From: Camelus ferus
Taxonomy: Eukaryota
Reading direction: 5' to 3'
Length of the DNA stretch: 64,000 nucleotides
Assembly: GCF_009834535.1 (NCBI RefSeq)
Contig: NC_045697.1
Location: 30,444,001-30,508,000 of the forward strand
Shown here: one piece after another, positions 1 through 13,529 of the stretch
Position numbering within the stretch: position 1 is the first letter of the stretch
Layout: each line of letters opens with the position of its first letter
Notes under the pieces: generated by a model
Seen by the model: the letters and a program-made list of their open reading frames with translations, nothing else
Told to the model about the DNA's origin: nothing
Databases searched by the model: none
Translations under genes and position numbers: made by a program

Positions 1-429
1 AAAAAAAATAGTAGAGTAATAAAAATGATGATGGGTAAGGGAAGTTTAAAGAGTCCTGTCTGGAAGAAATGTCGGTATTGCTCCTATTTTATGTTTTTAT
101 AGAATTCTGATTGCATAGTCCCTTCAATTAGCCACCAAAAGGTTACTAACTCTGACCTATTATCAAGTCATTTAGAAAAAAAATCAACGTGAACAGCACT
201 TACTTAATGTCTTCATAGAGTCATAATCAGAAGGAAGATCCAAGTGTGCATTAACTTTTAAGTAACTTCTGAATTAGTCTCATGAACAAAGTGCTCTGAG
301 AGCAATCATGGAGAACTTCTTGGAGGAAGTGGGCTTTTTAGATGTACTTTTTGTATAACAGAAATGTCAAGTTAAGAAATGGGGACCCTATCCTAGGGAG
401 TGATCAAGGGATTTTTAAGTATGCGTCAT

Positions 430-1200
430 TTGTTTTGGATCTGCGTTTCAGAAAAACAACTTTTCAATGTGCAGGACAGAGAAGAAAGAATGTACTGCAC
501 CAGTCCAGGTGGGATGTGATGAGAGGGAACTAGAGTCGAGACTATTCAATGTGGCTGTGAAGTGAGTGGATGTCAGGAAGGAGGAAGAGGAAGAGTCCGT
601 GACACCTGGGGAGTTTCCTCCCGGGCTGGTGTTGCATTTAGGGAAGAGGAACTAGGAGTAAGGATGGGTATTTTCAGAGGCGAAAGCGCTGAGTTCGAGG
701 TGCATGGGCACTCCACTTCTGGTCAGGCAGCTGGACACGAACTTATCTAGAGGTGAGCCTTGGGGACTGGGGTCTAGATCTCGATCTGGGACTTGTTAAC
801 CCACACACAGGTGACGTTCAGAGAACACACCTGACTGGAGAAGGCAGCAGAGAGAAGATGGATGGTGCAACTCCAGAGAACAGTGGATGGAACACTTCTT
901 AAAGCACAGTAAGAAAAGCACGAGGAACCAGAAGAGAGTCCTGACACTAAGGCCCAGAGAAAGAGCACTTGGAGGAGGGGCAAGGCACTGGGCATGCCGA
1001 GGGCTGGAAGACAAGCCTCTGGACTGGATAGCTGGGAAGCGGCTGGGGCTGGGGCGGCTTGCAGAGCATTCTGCTAATTAGTGGAGGTGGAGCCAGGGCC
1101 GAATTACAGGAGGTGGAAGAGTAAATGAACACTGAGAGAGTGGAGAAATGAATATGGACCAGTCTTTCAAGTGTTTAATCACCGAAAAGAAGGAGGTCAC
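430..1200 (-). mobile_element. Degenerate L2 LINE fragment
   Basis: Purine-rich, antisense-L2-like sequence recognised by eye. Confidence 0.5.
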
Positions 1201-2629
1201 CATTCAGCAAGTGCCTTCAATGACAGGCACAGGGGATGCCAATCGGGATGAGACCTGGGCCTAACTTTTCAGGGGCGAATGTGTCGTGGTGCAGAACGAA
1301 GGTGCCAAGAGAGGGTGCTCTGGGTGATGGAAGGAAAAAGAAAAGACAATCACTGAGGGAGGGAGGGAGAATCAAAGGAGCACTGACTTTCAGGGTGGGA
1401 AGACTAGGGTGTGTCTGACACCCAGGGGAACGACCCAACATCGGGGAAGAAATCAGCGCACAAGACAAGGAATAACTGATGGGCACAAAGTCCTAGCAGC
1501 GGGGGGGCGGTGCTGGGTGAAAGAACAGGTGTGGACTGGTGGCCCTGGCAGAACTCAGCGGGCTGAGTTCAGCTTGGTATCTCTTACCTCTTTGCTGACT
1601 CAAGACAGGGAGGGTAGTGGGACTAGGGAGAGGCTGGGGGCTGGGAGCAAGGAGCAGACCTCTGAAGCAGCTCCTCAAAGTGATGGGGAGGGTTTCAACC
1701 TGCACTAGACCGATCTCCTTTGGTCCTCTGGTCTCCTTCATGTACAGAGAACTGGAGCACAGAGTGTTCTTGTACTTCCTCAGGAGAGGCATGCAGTCAG
1801 GGCGGGAACAACAGTGTGCAGTCGGATCTACTAAATGGTAGGCCTGAGGATGGAATTTTAAGATGATTTTAAATAGATACAGGGACTGTCAATGGACATG
1901 TGACCACACGATGAGAGAGGGGCAGCATCCTATTGTTACCAGCACGAAGAACTCACCCTGCCAAGAGAAGAAGAAAACTTGACTGCATAAACAGAGCATG
2001 ACCTGCTGTTATCAACTCAAGGCACTAATTACCCCAGAAGGGACAGTGCAATTGCCTCTTCCACTGGATTTAGGTTCTAAACTCCAAAAGATGAAAACAA
2101 CATATCCTTGAAACCGAGCCTCAAAAATCCTGTAAAAATGGACCATGTTTTCACAGATACATCATCACTATCAAAACAGGTCACTTCTCCTGCACACTGG
2201 AAGACACTGAGGTCTGGAGGAAGAAAATGCCCATGTTGGGGGCCCCACTGTCTGGAAAACACCCATCTGAACACTGGTGAATCTTACTCTGTGTGGGAGA
2301 TGCCCAGGGTGAGGGGCATTCCGGAACAAGCACTGGCTTTGCCGGACGGAACGACAGGTTGGTTCTCCCATTTCAGGCCCCTCTGTGCCGAAAGAATGGT
2401 GGGAGACCTGCTCACACTATTTGAACTATTTCTTTTTCTCCCCCTTACAGCACAGAGTTGAATCTTCATGGTGTAGGATCTTTCTCTACAGAATATATAT
2501 ATACTCACCCAGTAACCTCAGGGTTAACCATGTGTTTTGCTAGCCAGTATGTTCTGGTATATACATGGGTTAACTATCAAGACGCTTCATCTTAAGGAAA
2601 TTCCAAATGGAATAACATTTACGTTTTCA

Positions 2630-2830
<201 letters not shown>

Positions 2831-3282
2831 CTAAAAAAAAAAAAAAGAAAAGATTTATTTTCTAAAGGAAATAGAATCTTCTTTCATTTGACACCCGTAG
2901 TTATTTTGGTTTGTAAATATGGAACAGATGCTAGGATTTGGGGAGACTTTTTAGGCTCAGCACAATTCATTGAAAACTTTCAAGTTAAACGTACTCTAAG
3001 AAGAATTTGGGTCAATAATAATGATATCACACTGAACAACCCACAGAAGAGACATGTCTTCTTTGACTCAAGCTGTAACATTAGCACCCGAGGGTGTTTT
3101 TCAAAATTAAAGTACTGAAAACCAATGTTTCACTGGTTTTTTATCAACAGTTAACGTTCATTCCCAGTTCGTCAGTAAGCAGCAAGCCACGCAATTTAGA
3201 CCTGCTTCCCAACACGGACACGCTGGGCCACACAATTCTTCTGGTAAGTGTCCCACTTCTCCTCTCTCTGGAAACTCAACTG

Positions 3283-3373
3283 GTGTGGGTGGAGCTCAGT
3301 GGTAGAGCACATGCTTAGCATGCATGGTGTCCTGGGTTCAATCCCCAGCACCTCCATTAAAAAGAGAAAAACA
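3283..3373 (+). mobile_element. tRNA-Ala-derived SINE (Vic-1-like) with target-site duplication
   Basis: AGCTCAGTGGTAGAGCACATGCTTAGCATGCATGGTGTCCTGGGTTCAATCCCCAGCACCTCCA with A/B boxes and A-rich tail. Direct repeat GAAACTCAACTG at 3271-3282 and 3374-3385. Confidence 0.85.
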
Positions 3374-6300
3374 GAAACTCAACTGATCTGGTCCAATTCA
3401 GATTTGGTTATTATGTATTTGCTTAACTGCTGCACTATTTTTTTTGAGGTAGTTTTACAGAATCATTGAATAATTACAATAAAACTGAACAGATATTAAC
3501 CCAACATAGAGCCTGACTTTTTTTGTACCACTGCATAAATAATTCTTACATTTTAAGATTTATGTTAGAGCTTTTTCGGGAGTATTAACTAGTTGCTTTT
3601 AAAAGTCTTGGTAGCACAGTTAATAACCTACTTGATATAAATTATTGTCATTATCTATCTTGGCTGTGTGTTTTCTTAAGATGTTTTTGTCACATTAAAG
3701 AAAATAATAAATATTTAACCTAAACTCTAATTTTAAAGTATCACCACTGAGCTTTCTTCACTTCATTTTTCTCACCAAATTTTTCTAAGATAGCAAACTA
3801 AAGACATCATCTTTATCCACTGCTAGCAGCTCTTGTTTTTTAGGTGACATCACACTGCAACATAACAAGTCAAAAAGTACATCTACTTCCTTTTGAAGAA
3901 TTTGAATAAGAATTAGTAGAAGTAGGCTAGGAAATTTTTCTTCTTGCCAAAAAAAATTTTTTTAAATAACGTCTTTATAGACCTGTGTTTAAGGCCACTC
4001 TTGTACAGTCATTTGAATACACTGAAGGAGCATTTTCAAGGACAACCACAAAAGTCAACAAAAAGAAGGCAAATAGTATCAGTCTGAAGTAGGACTTTTG
4101 TTAAACCAAAGTTTAATAACACCAATCAAGGACCTCTAATTTCACCAGCCTATTAAAGGTCTAACCCACTTTACTGATGCCACAGTGAGTGAGAATGAAG
4201 CTCCTGGCAATGGGCATTGATTACAGGAAAAAAGCAGAAGACCTGAGATGCTAATGCAGACAGGAAACAGGTCTGCAGTCGAGGTCTGGCTTTTCACTAA
4301 CTATGTGGCCTTGGGGACTCTGTTTAACTTCTGTCTAAGTCTCTTCTGCACGCTGCTGAATATGAAGACTCCAGCAGCAGCAATGCAACTGCGGATGTCA
4401 CTGCTTTGCCAAGTGACATGTGCGAGTCATTACTCTGGATTTAGTTTGGAAGTTTTAGCAAAATGTGTAAATACTCACTGACAGATGAGGATCTAAATGA
4501 AACTTCTTTTGATACCTTATTCACATTTTACATATGTTTATGAAAAAATGTATAAGTGCAGCACAAAGATGCTTACAAAACTGAATATTCAGTGTGACCT
4601 CAGCCATGTTAAAAATAATTATGTGCATAGAGAAGAGACTGGAAAGAAGTAAATCAAAGTGTTAATAATTAACAATGACTATATTTTGGTAACAGGGTTA
4701 GGGCAGTTATTATTAACTGTATCCTTGATCATCCTTGTAAAAACCAGCTTTAAGAAGTTTTTATAGTAACTTAAAAGCTGTTTGAAGAACGTCTACATAA
4801 CTGTTATCTCCCCTTCCTTTGCTGTATGTGACCTTCAGGGCTGCTTGTTTATCTCTGGAAGGGCTTGGAGACCACTCTCCTATCCCCACACCCCCAATAT
4901 TTAGGCAGCAGTGTTAAACTATGAGCAAGGCCAGCTGATTCAAACATGCTAGAAGAAAATGGAATTTCATGTGCATTTACTGGGTGTAAAGGGCTCTCGA
5001 AGGCAAGTGTGTCCTGTAGCCTGGTATCTGGGCTCTAGGCTGAAGGCCAAGAAGATTGAAGACAAGGCTCACATTTAGTTGCTAAAAAACCGTACTAGCC
5101 ACTGCCCTGGGCCCTCTGAGTAACGCCCCTCCCTGCTGAACCCCAGCCCTGATCCTTCCATGGCAGATGCCTCCAGGCCCCCCTCCAGCCCAGGGTCAGA
5201 GTGTGTCCCTGCTGTTAGGGATCTGGAATGACTCTCCTGACTGCGGGTTCTGCAGAACTGCCTAGTACTGACATGGGGAAGTTGAAGAAACAAGTGAAAT
5301 CTTTTCGGTGAAAAAAAAAAAAAAAAATCAAATCAGTTTGGAAAGTGGAGAAAGGAGTGTGTCTATCAAAGTGGGGATGAAGGGGGAAAAAACGTATCAT
5401 CCCGACAGCTACGCCGTGCTGCCTGCCCGGGAGACAGCAGGGGCAGCGAGAGCGGGATCGTGGAAGACCTCCTCTCCTCTTGCCCGTCTGTTGTGTTCAT
5501 CTACAGCTCTGCGCACACGCTGAGGAATTTCCCAGTAGGACATGGGGCCCTCACTGATGGGGAACAAGCGGCCAGGGATTCATGCAAGAGGCTTGCCGTC
5601 CAGGCCAGACTTTGCTCCTTCAGCCTCGAAGGGAAGAGAGAGATCGGGGCAGGATCCTCAAGGAGCCAATGATGCCCCAGAGGACTTCACATCTAACTGT
5701 CTCGTGGTGTAATTTCTGAATTTTCAGCAAGTCCCTCTTGCTGATGGAGAAGCTACCACCTCAGACCCATGAGGCAGGTTTCCTTTATTCACTTAAGCTT
5801 TCTGCAAAAGAAAGTCAGATGTATCTGGTAGGTTTAATGAGAAAATAAGTGAGGAACCAACAACTGTAGAAACTTCTATTAAGGGGAAGGCAGGAGATAA
5901 AGGTACCCAACAGGTCTCTAGTACCTATCCTGATACTGGTATTTGTGACTCTTCCCCCTCCATGCAACAGCATTTTAAAATGCAAATCAGACAATCCTGG
6001 AATGGACGACAGATATTCCATGGGGTACCTGAGACATCCAGATGAATGTGCTACTCTCAGAAACAAGATGCCCCCAGCCTGCAGGGCTTGTTTTTGTCAC
6101 AGTCAGGTCAGTCAGCTAAAATCCACACAGACAGGGGCTTCAGCACATTCTATTGATAATAGTAACAGTTCACCAACAAAGAGGTGTGGGAATTTGTCCT
6201 GATGTAACTCTTGGGTACCGTTTTTTTCCTTCATGTACTGACTGGCACTTACAAACTGTGTGTTCCTAGGAAGTGAAAACCTCTCCCAGCCTCCGTTGTC

Positions 6301-6929
6301 TCATCTGCAAACCAAGGATAATTACACACTGAACACAGTCACTGTGAGGACTAACTGAAGTAATACACGGAAAGCAGGAGGCACCCCATAAACACTGCCC
6401 GATGTGAGCTGTCGTCACTCACAGCCAGGAGTGTGGTGGATTCCTTGCGGAGGCCACTCTGCTGCCTCTGCAGAGCTGGCTGCTGTACCGCCTGAGACGC
6501 CTGAGACGGCTAGGCAAGGCTCTTCCAGGGAAAACTGCTCTGATCCCGTTTCTGCCCATGTTAAGGGCACTTGGGTCTCGAGGGGCTAATCTTCCTGGCC
6601 GATCACTGCATTAACATCTTGATCAGTTTCTCTTCTTGTTCTTCAAAGCATTATTTAACCTACTTTGCTATCTAATTGTCCTTATAGACTCAAAACATTT
6701 ATCTCAAAATACACCATGTACAACTTTATGGGAAGACTGAAATTACTGACTGCTCTCATGACCATGCCACCTGTGTGCTTAAATTGTCTTTAAGTGTCCT
6801 ATCCACATCGTCTCTATAAAGTATAAGCTCCTGAATTATAAATATCTAGAAATAAAACAATGAGCTTTAAGTATTACTCAGCCTACAGAAGCACGGTTAT
6901 TCTCTTGATAATGACAACATCCTGTCTCT

Positions 6930-7720
6930 GTTTAACTGACAAGTATTGACAGAATATGCCGGACACTGGGCTGGGAATGGGGATGGGAGGATGACTCTGA
7001 CTTAGTTTCTGTCCTTGGGGACTTTACCCATGTGGCCTGCCCCTCCTGTGTCAAGACCCCGGGAGAGAGCAGACAAGCAGAGTAAAACCTTGCCCTGATA
7101 CTGACTTAACAGAAGCGTGCACGATGTACTATGGCAAGCGGTTAATTCTGCCTAGGAACTGGGGAAGGGGTTTGTTACGGAGGAGAGTGGCACCTGACCT
7201 GGGTACTGCAGCATGAACAGGACTTTCTCAAGTGGGGAAAAGGAGTCTTAGCTTGGAAGGACAGCAGGAATTAAGGGAAGATGAGAAGCAAGCGCACGGT
7301 GGCTCAGGATCACGACCTGTCCAGTGGGGTGGAACCCTCGGTGTGTGGTGGGATCTGAGGGGCGAGTTTGCAAAAATGAACAGGAAGACTCAGATAGTGA
7401 AGGACATCACGGGCCACACTGAGGGTGCTGGAGTTTACTCCACGGACCACATGAAGCCAACAGAGGCTTTGCAGCAGTGGGTGACGTGGGGCTTTCAGTG
7501 GGGAGAGCGTGGGGTCTGGGAGGAGCTGAGTGGCTGTTGCAAGAGTCCATGTTGCGAGACAGGCCTGGGTGAAGCAGTGGAGAGGGAGGAGGACCTCACG
7601 CTGATGCATATGGGTGAGGTGGAATCAGAGGAGAGGAGACTGACATGAAGTAGGGAGAGAGATGCGTCATGGATCTGAGGTTCCCAAGCTGGGTAATTAA
7701 TTGAATATTACCTCTTTACA
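6930..7720 (-). mobile_element. Degenerate L2 fragment
   Basis: Starts with an antisense L2 3'-end-like segment (aagtattgacagaatatgccggacactgggctggg) followed by a purine-rich body. Confidence 0.5.
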
Positions 7721-7859
7721 AGGTCAGACCACCGCCACTAATATGAGAAAACCATTTCCGTACTGTCAGGCGAGAACAGTTTCCCCCTCTGTTTCTTAAA
7801 GTTGCTCTTTATTGAGTGCTTCCTGGAAGAACTTGCAGGCACTCGGCTGACACTGAACG

Positions 7860-8020
7860 AATTTAGTACTTCCAACATTCCCATAGTACTATTGACCTCA
7901 CTTACAGAAACGGCAAACTGAGGCTCAGAATGGTTAAGTGATCTGCCAAACAACACAGCTATCAAGTAACAGGAGCAGAAATCCAAACCCAGGTTTGACT
8001 CCAAAGCCATCTTCTTTAGC
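7860..8020. mobile_element. MIR SINE
   Basis: Core aaactgaggctcagaatggttaagtgatctgccaaac...aaacccaggtttgactccaaagcc. Confidence 0.75.
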
Positions 8021-8463
8021 TCACGCTGTTGTCTCCCTCAGCCTCCCTCACAGCCGCAGCAAGAGTTGTGAGGACTTCCACCAAATTCTAAAATAACTCA
8101 GTCCTTCATTCCTCTCTGTTCCTATCACTCGCTCTAATTTTTCACTCAGAACATATTTATGTCTCTTCATTCTCCTTGGAACCCCCACATTAAATATGAT
8201 CGATATGTTTCTCAGGACCAGCAGCCGACCTGAGACTCCTCCCACAGGCACCTCGGGGCACGTGTGCGCGTGGAGGGTGGAGAGAACACCTCAACACCGT
8301 GTTTCCTCCAAAGGCTTTTTGTTCTTGCAAAATTAGTTATCCAAAACCCGGCAATGATTTGCTTATTTTAATCTTCTTACTTAGAAAATGACAACCATGG
8401 ACTGAAAGGAGCGGATCCATAGTCCAAGGTTACTCGTCCAGTTTGTAGCCTCCTCAGCCAGTA

Positions 8464-9078
8464 TAGTCGATCCTTATTATTTGCAGATTCTGTATTTTCA
8501 AATTTGCCTACTCGCTAAATGCATCTGTAACTCTGGTGCGCCTGTGATCGCTGGCAGACTTGGGCAGATCATGAGAAAGCTGAACTTACACACTCCTGGC
8601 CGAGGCTGAATGAGGTAACACGCTGCCTTCTTGTTTCAGCTCTCATACAATAGCAAGTATTCTTTCCATGGTCTATTTAGTGTCACTTTTTTGCATTTTT
8701 GTGCTTTCTTGGCTTGGTGATTTCACTGTTTCAAAGGGGCCCCAAATGCAGACTTGAAGTGCTGTCTGGTGTTCCTAAGCTCAAAAAGGCTGTGATGTGC
8801 CTCACGCAGAAAATGCACGATAGATCAGCTTTGTTCAGGTGTGAGTTATGGTGCTGTTGGCCGCGAATTCCATGTTACCCAAGCAACACTATATATTAAA
8901 TTAGGTCTCTTTAAAGAAAAACATACTTAAAATGAGGTTATGTATTGATCAGCTGATGAAAATGTTGTGACCAGAGGCCTACAGCAACCGAGCTCTGTAA
9001 TCCCCTGGGAGTACTCGCTGATTCAGTGTGTGCAGTGACTTTACAGAACACAGCTACAGCGAATGGGAATGGACTGTG
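8464..9078. mobile_element. TcMar-Tigger non-autonomous DNA transposon (MER82-like)
   Basis: Begins TA-tagtcgatccttattatttgcagattctgtattttcaaatttgcctactcgctaaa; internal gctgccttcttgtttcagctctcatac and aaggctgtgatgtgcct; ends ...ggactg. Confidence 0.7.
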
Positions 9079-9504
9079 TTCTGAGGGTAGAAGAGGGTGA
9101 TGCACTAGCTCTGGAGTCAAGAGGCTTGGATTCTAATCCTAGGTCTGCCACAGGCTGCACCTGTCCAGGTTGCAACCTCTTTGTCTGTAAAATGGGAATA
9201 TTAGTGTTTGTTTAGTGTTATGAAGATAAATTAAGATGCTCATAAATGTACTTTTTACAAAGTAGAAAGTCCTTTAATGATACCAACAATAAGTGTACCT
9301 TCTCTACATTTGGCACTTTGAAAATTTCAAGGTATTTTTAATGTGTCATAATTATTTTACTTTGGAAGTTATATTTTTAATTATTGTATTTTATGTTTCT
9401 AATACCACATTTTATCATATTTAAAAATCTCTGAACTTGATGTTCAAAGATAATTATAATGTACAATTATGAACTGCAGTATTTTTTCTTCTTTCTTACT
9501 GGAA

Positions 9505-9598
9505 TTTTATTTTATTTTATTTTATTTTATTTTATTTTATTTTATTTTATTTTATTTTATTTATTTATTTTATTTTATTTTATTTTATTTTATTTTTT
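9505..9598. repeat. (TTTTA)n microsatellite
   Basis: About 18 near-perfect pentamer copies, seen directly. Confidence 0.95.
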
Positions 9599-12143
9599 AC
9601 TGAAATATTTTAAAGTACTGGTGTTTCTTATGTTCAGTGGGGCCTTAAATTAGATGATAGGGGTATTTTATATCCACCCTCCCTTATGGGTTCTCTTCAC
9701 CTAGTGCTGACTGTAAGCTTTCTAAATAAATGTGAACATTCCAACCTGATTCCTTCTCCTTCGAGGAAGTCTGTCTATCTTTTCCCATCTTTTCATAACC
9801 TCTCAGCTCTTTGTATTCCTGATCCAAGTATCTTTTCCTTTTGCTACTTTTTTCTTTTACCCCATTTTCACATTCTTTTAACAAATTTAACCTTTTAAAC
9901 AGACTTTCTAGTGTCTAGTGTGATAGTCTAATACAAAAGAAAATGTGCTGATGCTACTTCCTTGGGACAAAATATTTCATTGCCTGCATCTGCAAGTAAC
10001 TCTGGAAGGTAAGTTAAAGACTTCGTTTCAGAAGCTCCCTGCCTGCAAGTAGTTGATAATCAATAAGACTTTGTTGACTGTTTCACAAATACAGTAACCG
10101 CAGGCCTCTCGGTGGTGCTTCTGTTTCTTTCCTCTCCGTAGGTCTGTCACCTTCCTTTCCCCCTTTGACGGCTGCCCCAGTAAAAGCACTTTTCCCTGTA
10201 GACTAACAGGCTCATTTCTTTTGAACTCTCAGATCAAAAACTGCTCCCACGTATGAATGCTTTATTTCAGGAAAGAACAAAACCAAACAGGAATCTCAGA
10301 GTTGCTCGGCAGCACAACTCTGGAAAGAGAGGGAAGGGACTGAGGAACACTGTCTTGGCTCTGACCTGCGGCCGGTGCCCCCACCTCCTCCTTAACCTTA
10401 TTTCCTTTGCTCACTGCTGCGGGCTCCTCTCCCCTTTGTGCTCATCCTGCCAGCTGGCTGTAAAAAGAATGATCCTACAACACAAGGGCACGTTCTAGTA
10501 GAAGAAAGCCCCAGGTCCTTCCATGCAAATGTACCCGCCTCCAAGGTAACAGAGGCCTACTGGGATCACCAGTAAGAATGAACACTGCTTAGGGAAAATT
10601 GATCACAAATCATACAGGAAAGTTACTGCTCACAAAATACTCCTGTTACGTGCAAAACCGGAGTATTACTAGCTGCACTTTTCTTCATATGGGTATTTAA
10701 AAATAACAGATTTCTCCTCCCTCGCAAATGCATAGGTCACAGAGTGCCAAAGTGGATTCCTGGGTGATCCACCCACAGCCAAAGATGGAAGTTGAGAGGT
10801 GAGGGCAAGAGGGCAGTGATGTCTCTCTTGGATTCAAGTTTTCATCTCAAGTGGTGCTTTTGACCTGACGCCCAGCACAAAGGTGTCCCTAGGTAATGAG
10901 TCCATGTGTTAAGTAATCACAAATAGCTAATCTTTCAGGCATTTCACACTTTTTTTTCTAATCATAACTGACAAACTGATTTGCATCTATATAGTTGAGT
11001 TTCAGTATGGATTATTTAAAGCAATCATGGTTCTCTATGTACAATGGCCATTGGTTCAAGTTGATGGAGGGGACGCCTTACAGTAACAGTGATGACCATT
11101 AGCCCAACTTCAACAATTATTAATGTCTGACCATCAGGAGGACTCAAGAAATTGCAGCATTTTCATCTTTCTGGGATGTAGAGGACAATGATTAGTGGCA
11201 GGACAGCAGTGAGTTCTGACATAGACATTCCACCTGCACTAATCCAGGGGACTGGAGGTGGAGCGAATCCTGAATTTGGTTGGTAAGTTTACCAAGGATA
11301 GATGGCTTGCCAAATATTCAGGGTTAAGAATTAGACAATAACGGTCTGGACATCTGTGTCACCTGTCCTTGCACTTGGAAACGCTCACCCACAGTTCTGA
11401 ACGGCTGATGTTAGGATCTGCAGTTGGCTGATCCCTAGGACACTGTGCTCTCCCCTAATGAAAGAGGAGGAGTGGGGAATAAGATGGAACATCCTCTTTT
11501 GGGGTAAAATCTGTACTTAATTGACCATGATTTACAAAACCGTGAAAGTTATAAAATCCCGGTGAGTTAGATGCATGATCTCTCTGACTTGGAGGAACCA
11601 GTTGCGATCTGGTTCCAGGGCATTCTTAGGGGTCCTGCCCAGTCTCTCCCCTGCAGTCAGAGCCTGATGTGGGAAAATGCCATGACTCTGCATCTAACCC
11701 CAGGGCTCAAAGACAAAAACAGGATGGATTTACTTCACCTCTTGCTTCTCTCCAAGACAACTGCACTCGCTAATTCAAACGTATTCTGAGCCAAACCGTA
11801 TCTGGGGGAATTCTCTTAAATACAAGGACAGAAGGAAAATAAATTTCTCATTTGGCAATTCTAATAAACAAGTGGGTAGCTTCCTTTAACATTTCCTTCT
11901 TTCTACATCAGCTACAAAGACAAAATTGGGTGGTGCGAAGACATCGAGTTAGGAAAAGAGCATAATTTCTACTTCTATTTATGGATCAGCCTGAAAAGTT
12001 TTTAAGGTACTACATGTGTTTTACCCTGAACATAATATATTAGAATAGTAGTACATGTATGGAAATAACCAATGAATGTGTACCTTGGTAGATTTTCTAT
12101 CCAAAAAAAATTTTTATCAATGAGCTGCTTAATTCAAAAGTTT

Positions 12144-12270
12144 GGGGAAGGGTATACTCAGTGGTAGAGGTCCTAGGTTCAATCCCCAGTACCTCCTCTA
12201 AAAATAAATAAATGAATTAACCTAACTATCCCCCTCCCCAAACAAAACAAAACAAAACAAAACAAAACAA
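12144..12270 (+). mobile_element. Vic-1-like SINE with internal deletion and (AAAAC)n tail
   Basis: GGGGAAGGGTATACTCAGTGGTAGAGGTCCTAGGTTCAATCCCCAGTACCTCC...AAATAAATAAAT. Direct repeat AAAAGTTTG at 12136-12144 and 12270-12278. Confidence 0.8.
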
Positions 12271-12767
12271 AAAGTTTGAAGACACTGTTCTAGTTAATGA
12301 TATTAATATCTTTTATAAGCCACAGACATGTAGGAATGAACTTAAAGATATAAGGAAAATCATGAGCTACTCCTTTCAGTTTACAGTTGCTTATTAACCT
12401 CAAGGAGAAGTTTGCATGCTAGAAAGCGACTATGCCATTGAAACTTAACAAGAAAGGGCAGAAATTAACCGACTAGAAATAGTACTATGTGAACCCTGCC
12501 TCTGCAGCTATCATTTCACTTTAATTTCTATCACTGACTAATAAAACACATGTATCAAAGTCTTTAAAACATGCAGAAACTATTTTAAAGAAGCAGGGTC
12601 ACTTTTTGAAGAAAACTCAGGCTCACAGCACTTGGCCTACTTCAATCTCACTGCACCACATCTAGGAACCACTTCTGTATTGATACAGACATCTTTTAAT
12701 GTGACTATATTTTTCTGGCCTAAACTCAAGAAGACTGTGGCTAGTGGCTCATCCTGAAATTTGTTTA

Positions 12768-13529
<762 letters not shown>

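Noticed and set aside
3283..3356. Apparent tRNA-Ala(AGC) gene
   Set aside because: Acceptor stem is disrupted, it has an A-rich tail and a 12-bp target duplication, and no oligo-T terminator follows: a SINE.
9459..9653. Hydrophobic FYFIL-repeat ORF
   Set aside because: Translation of (TTTTA)n.
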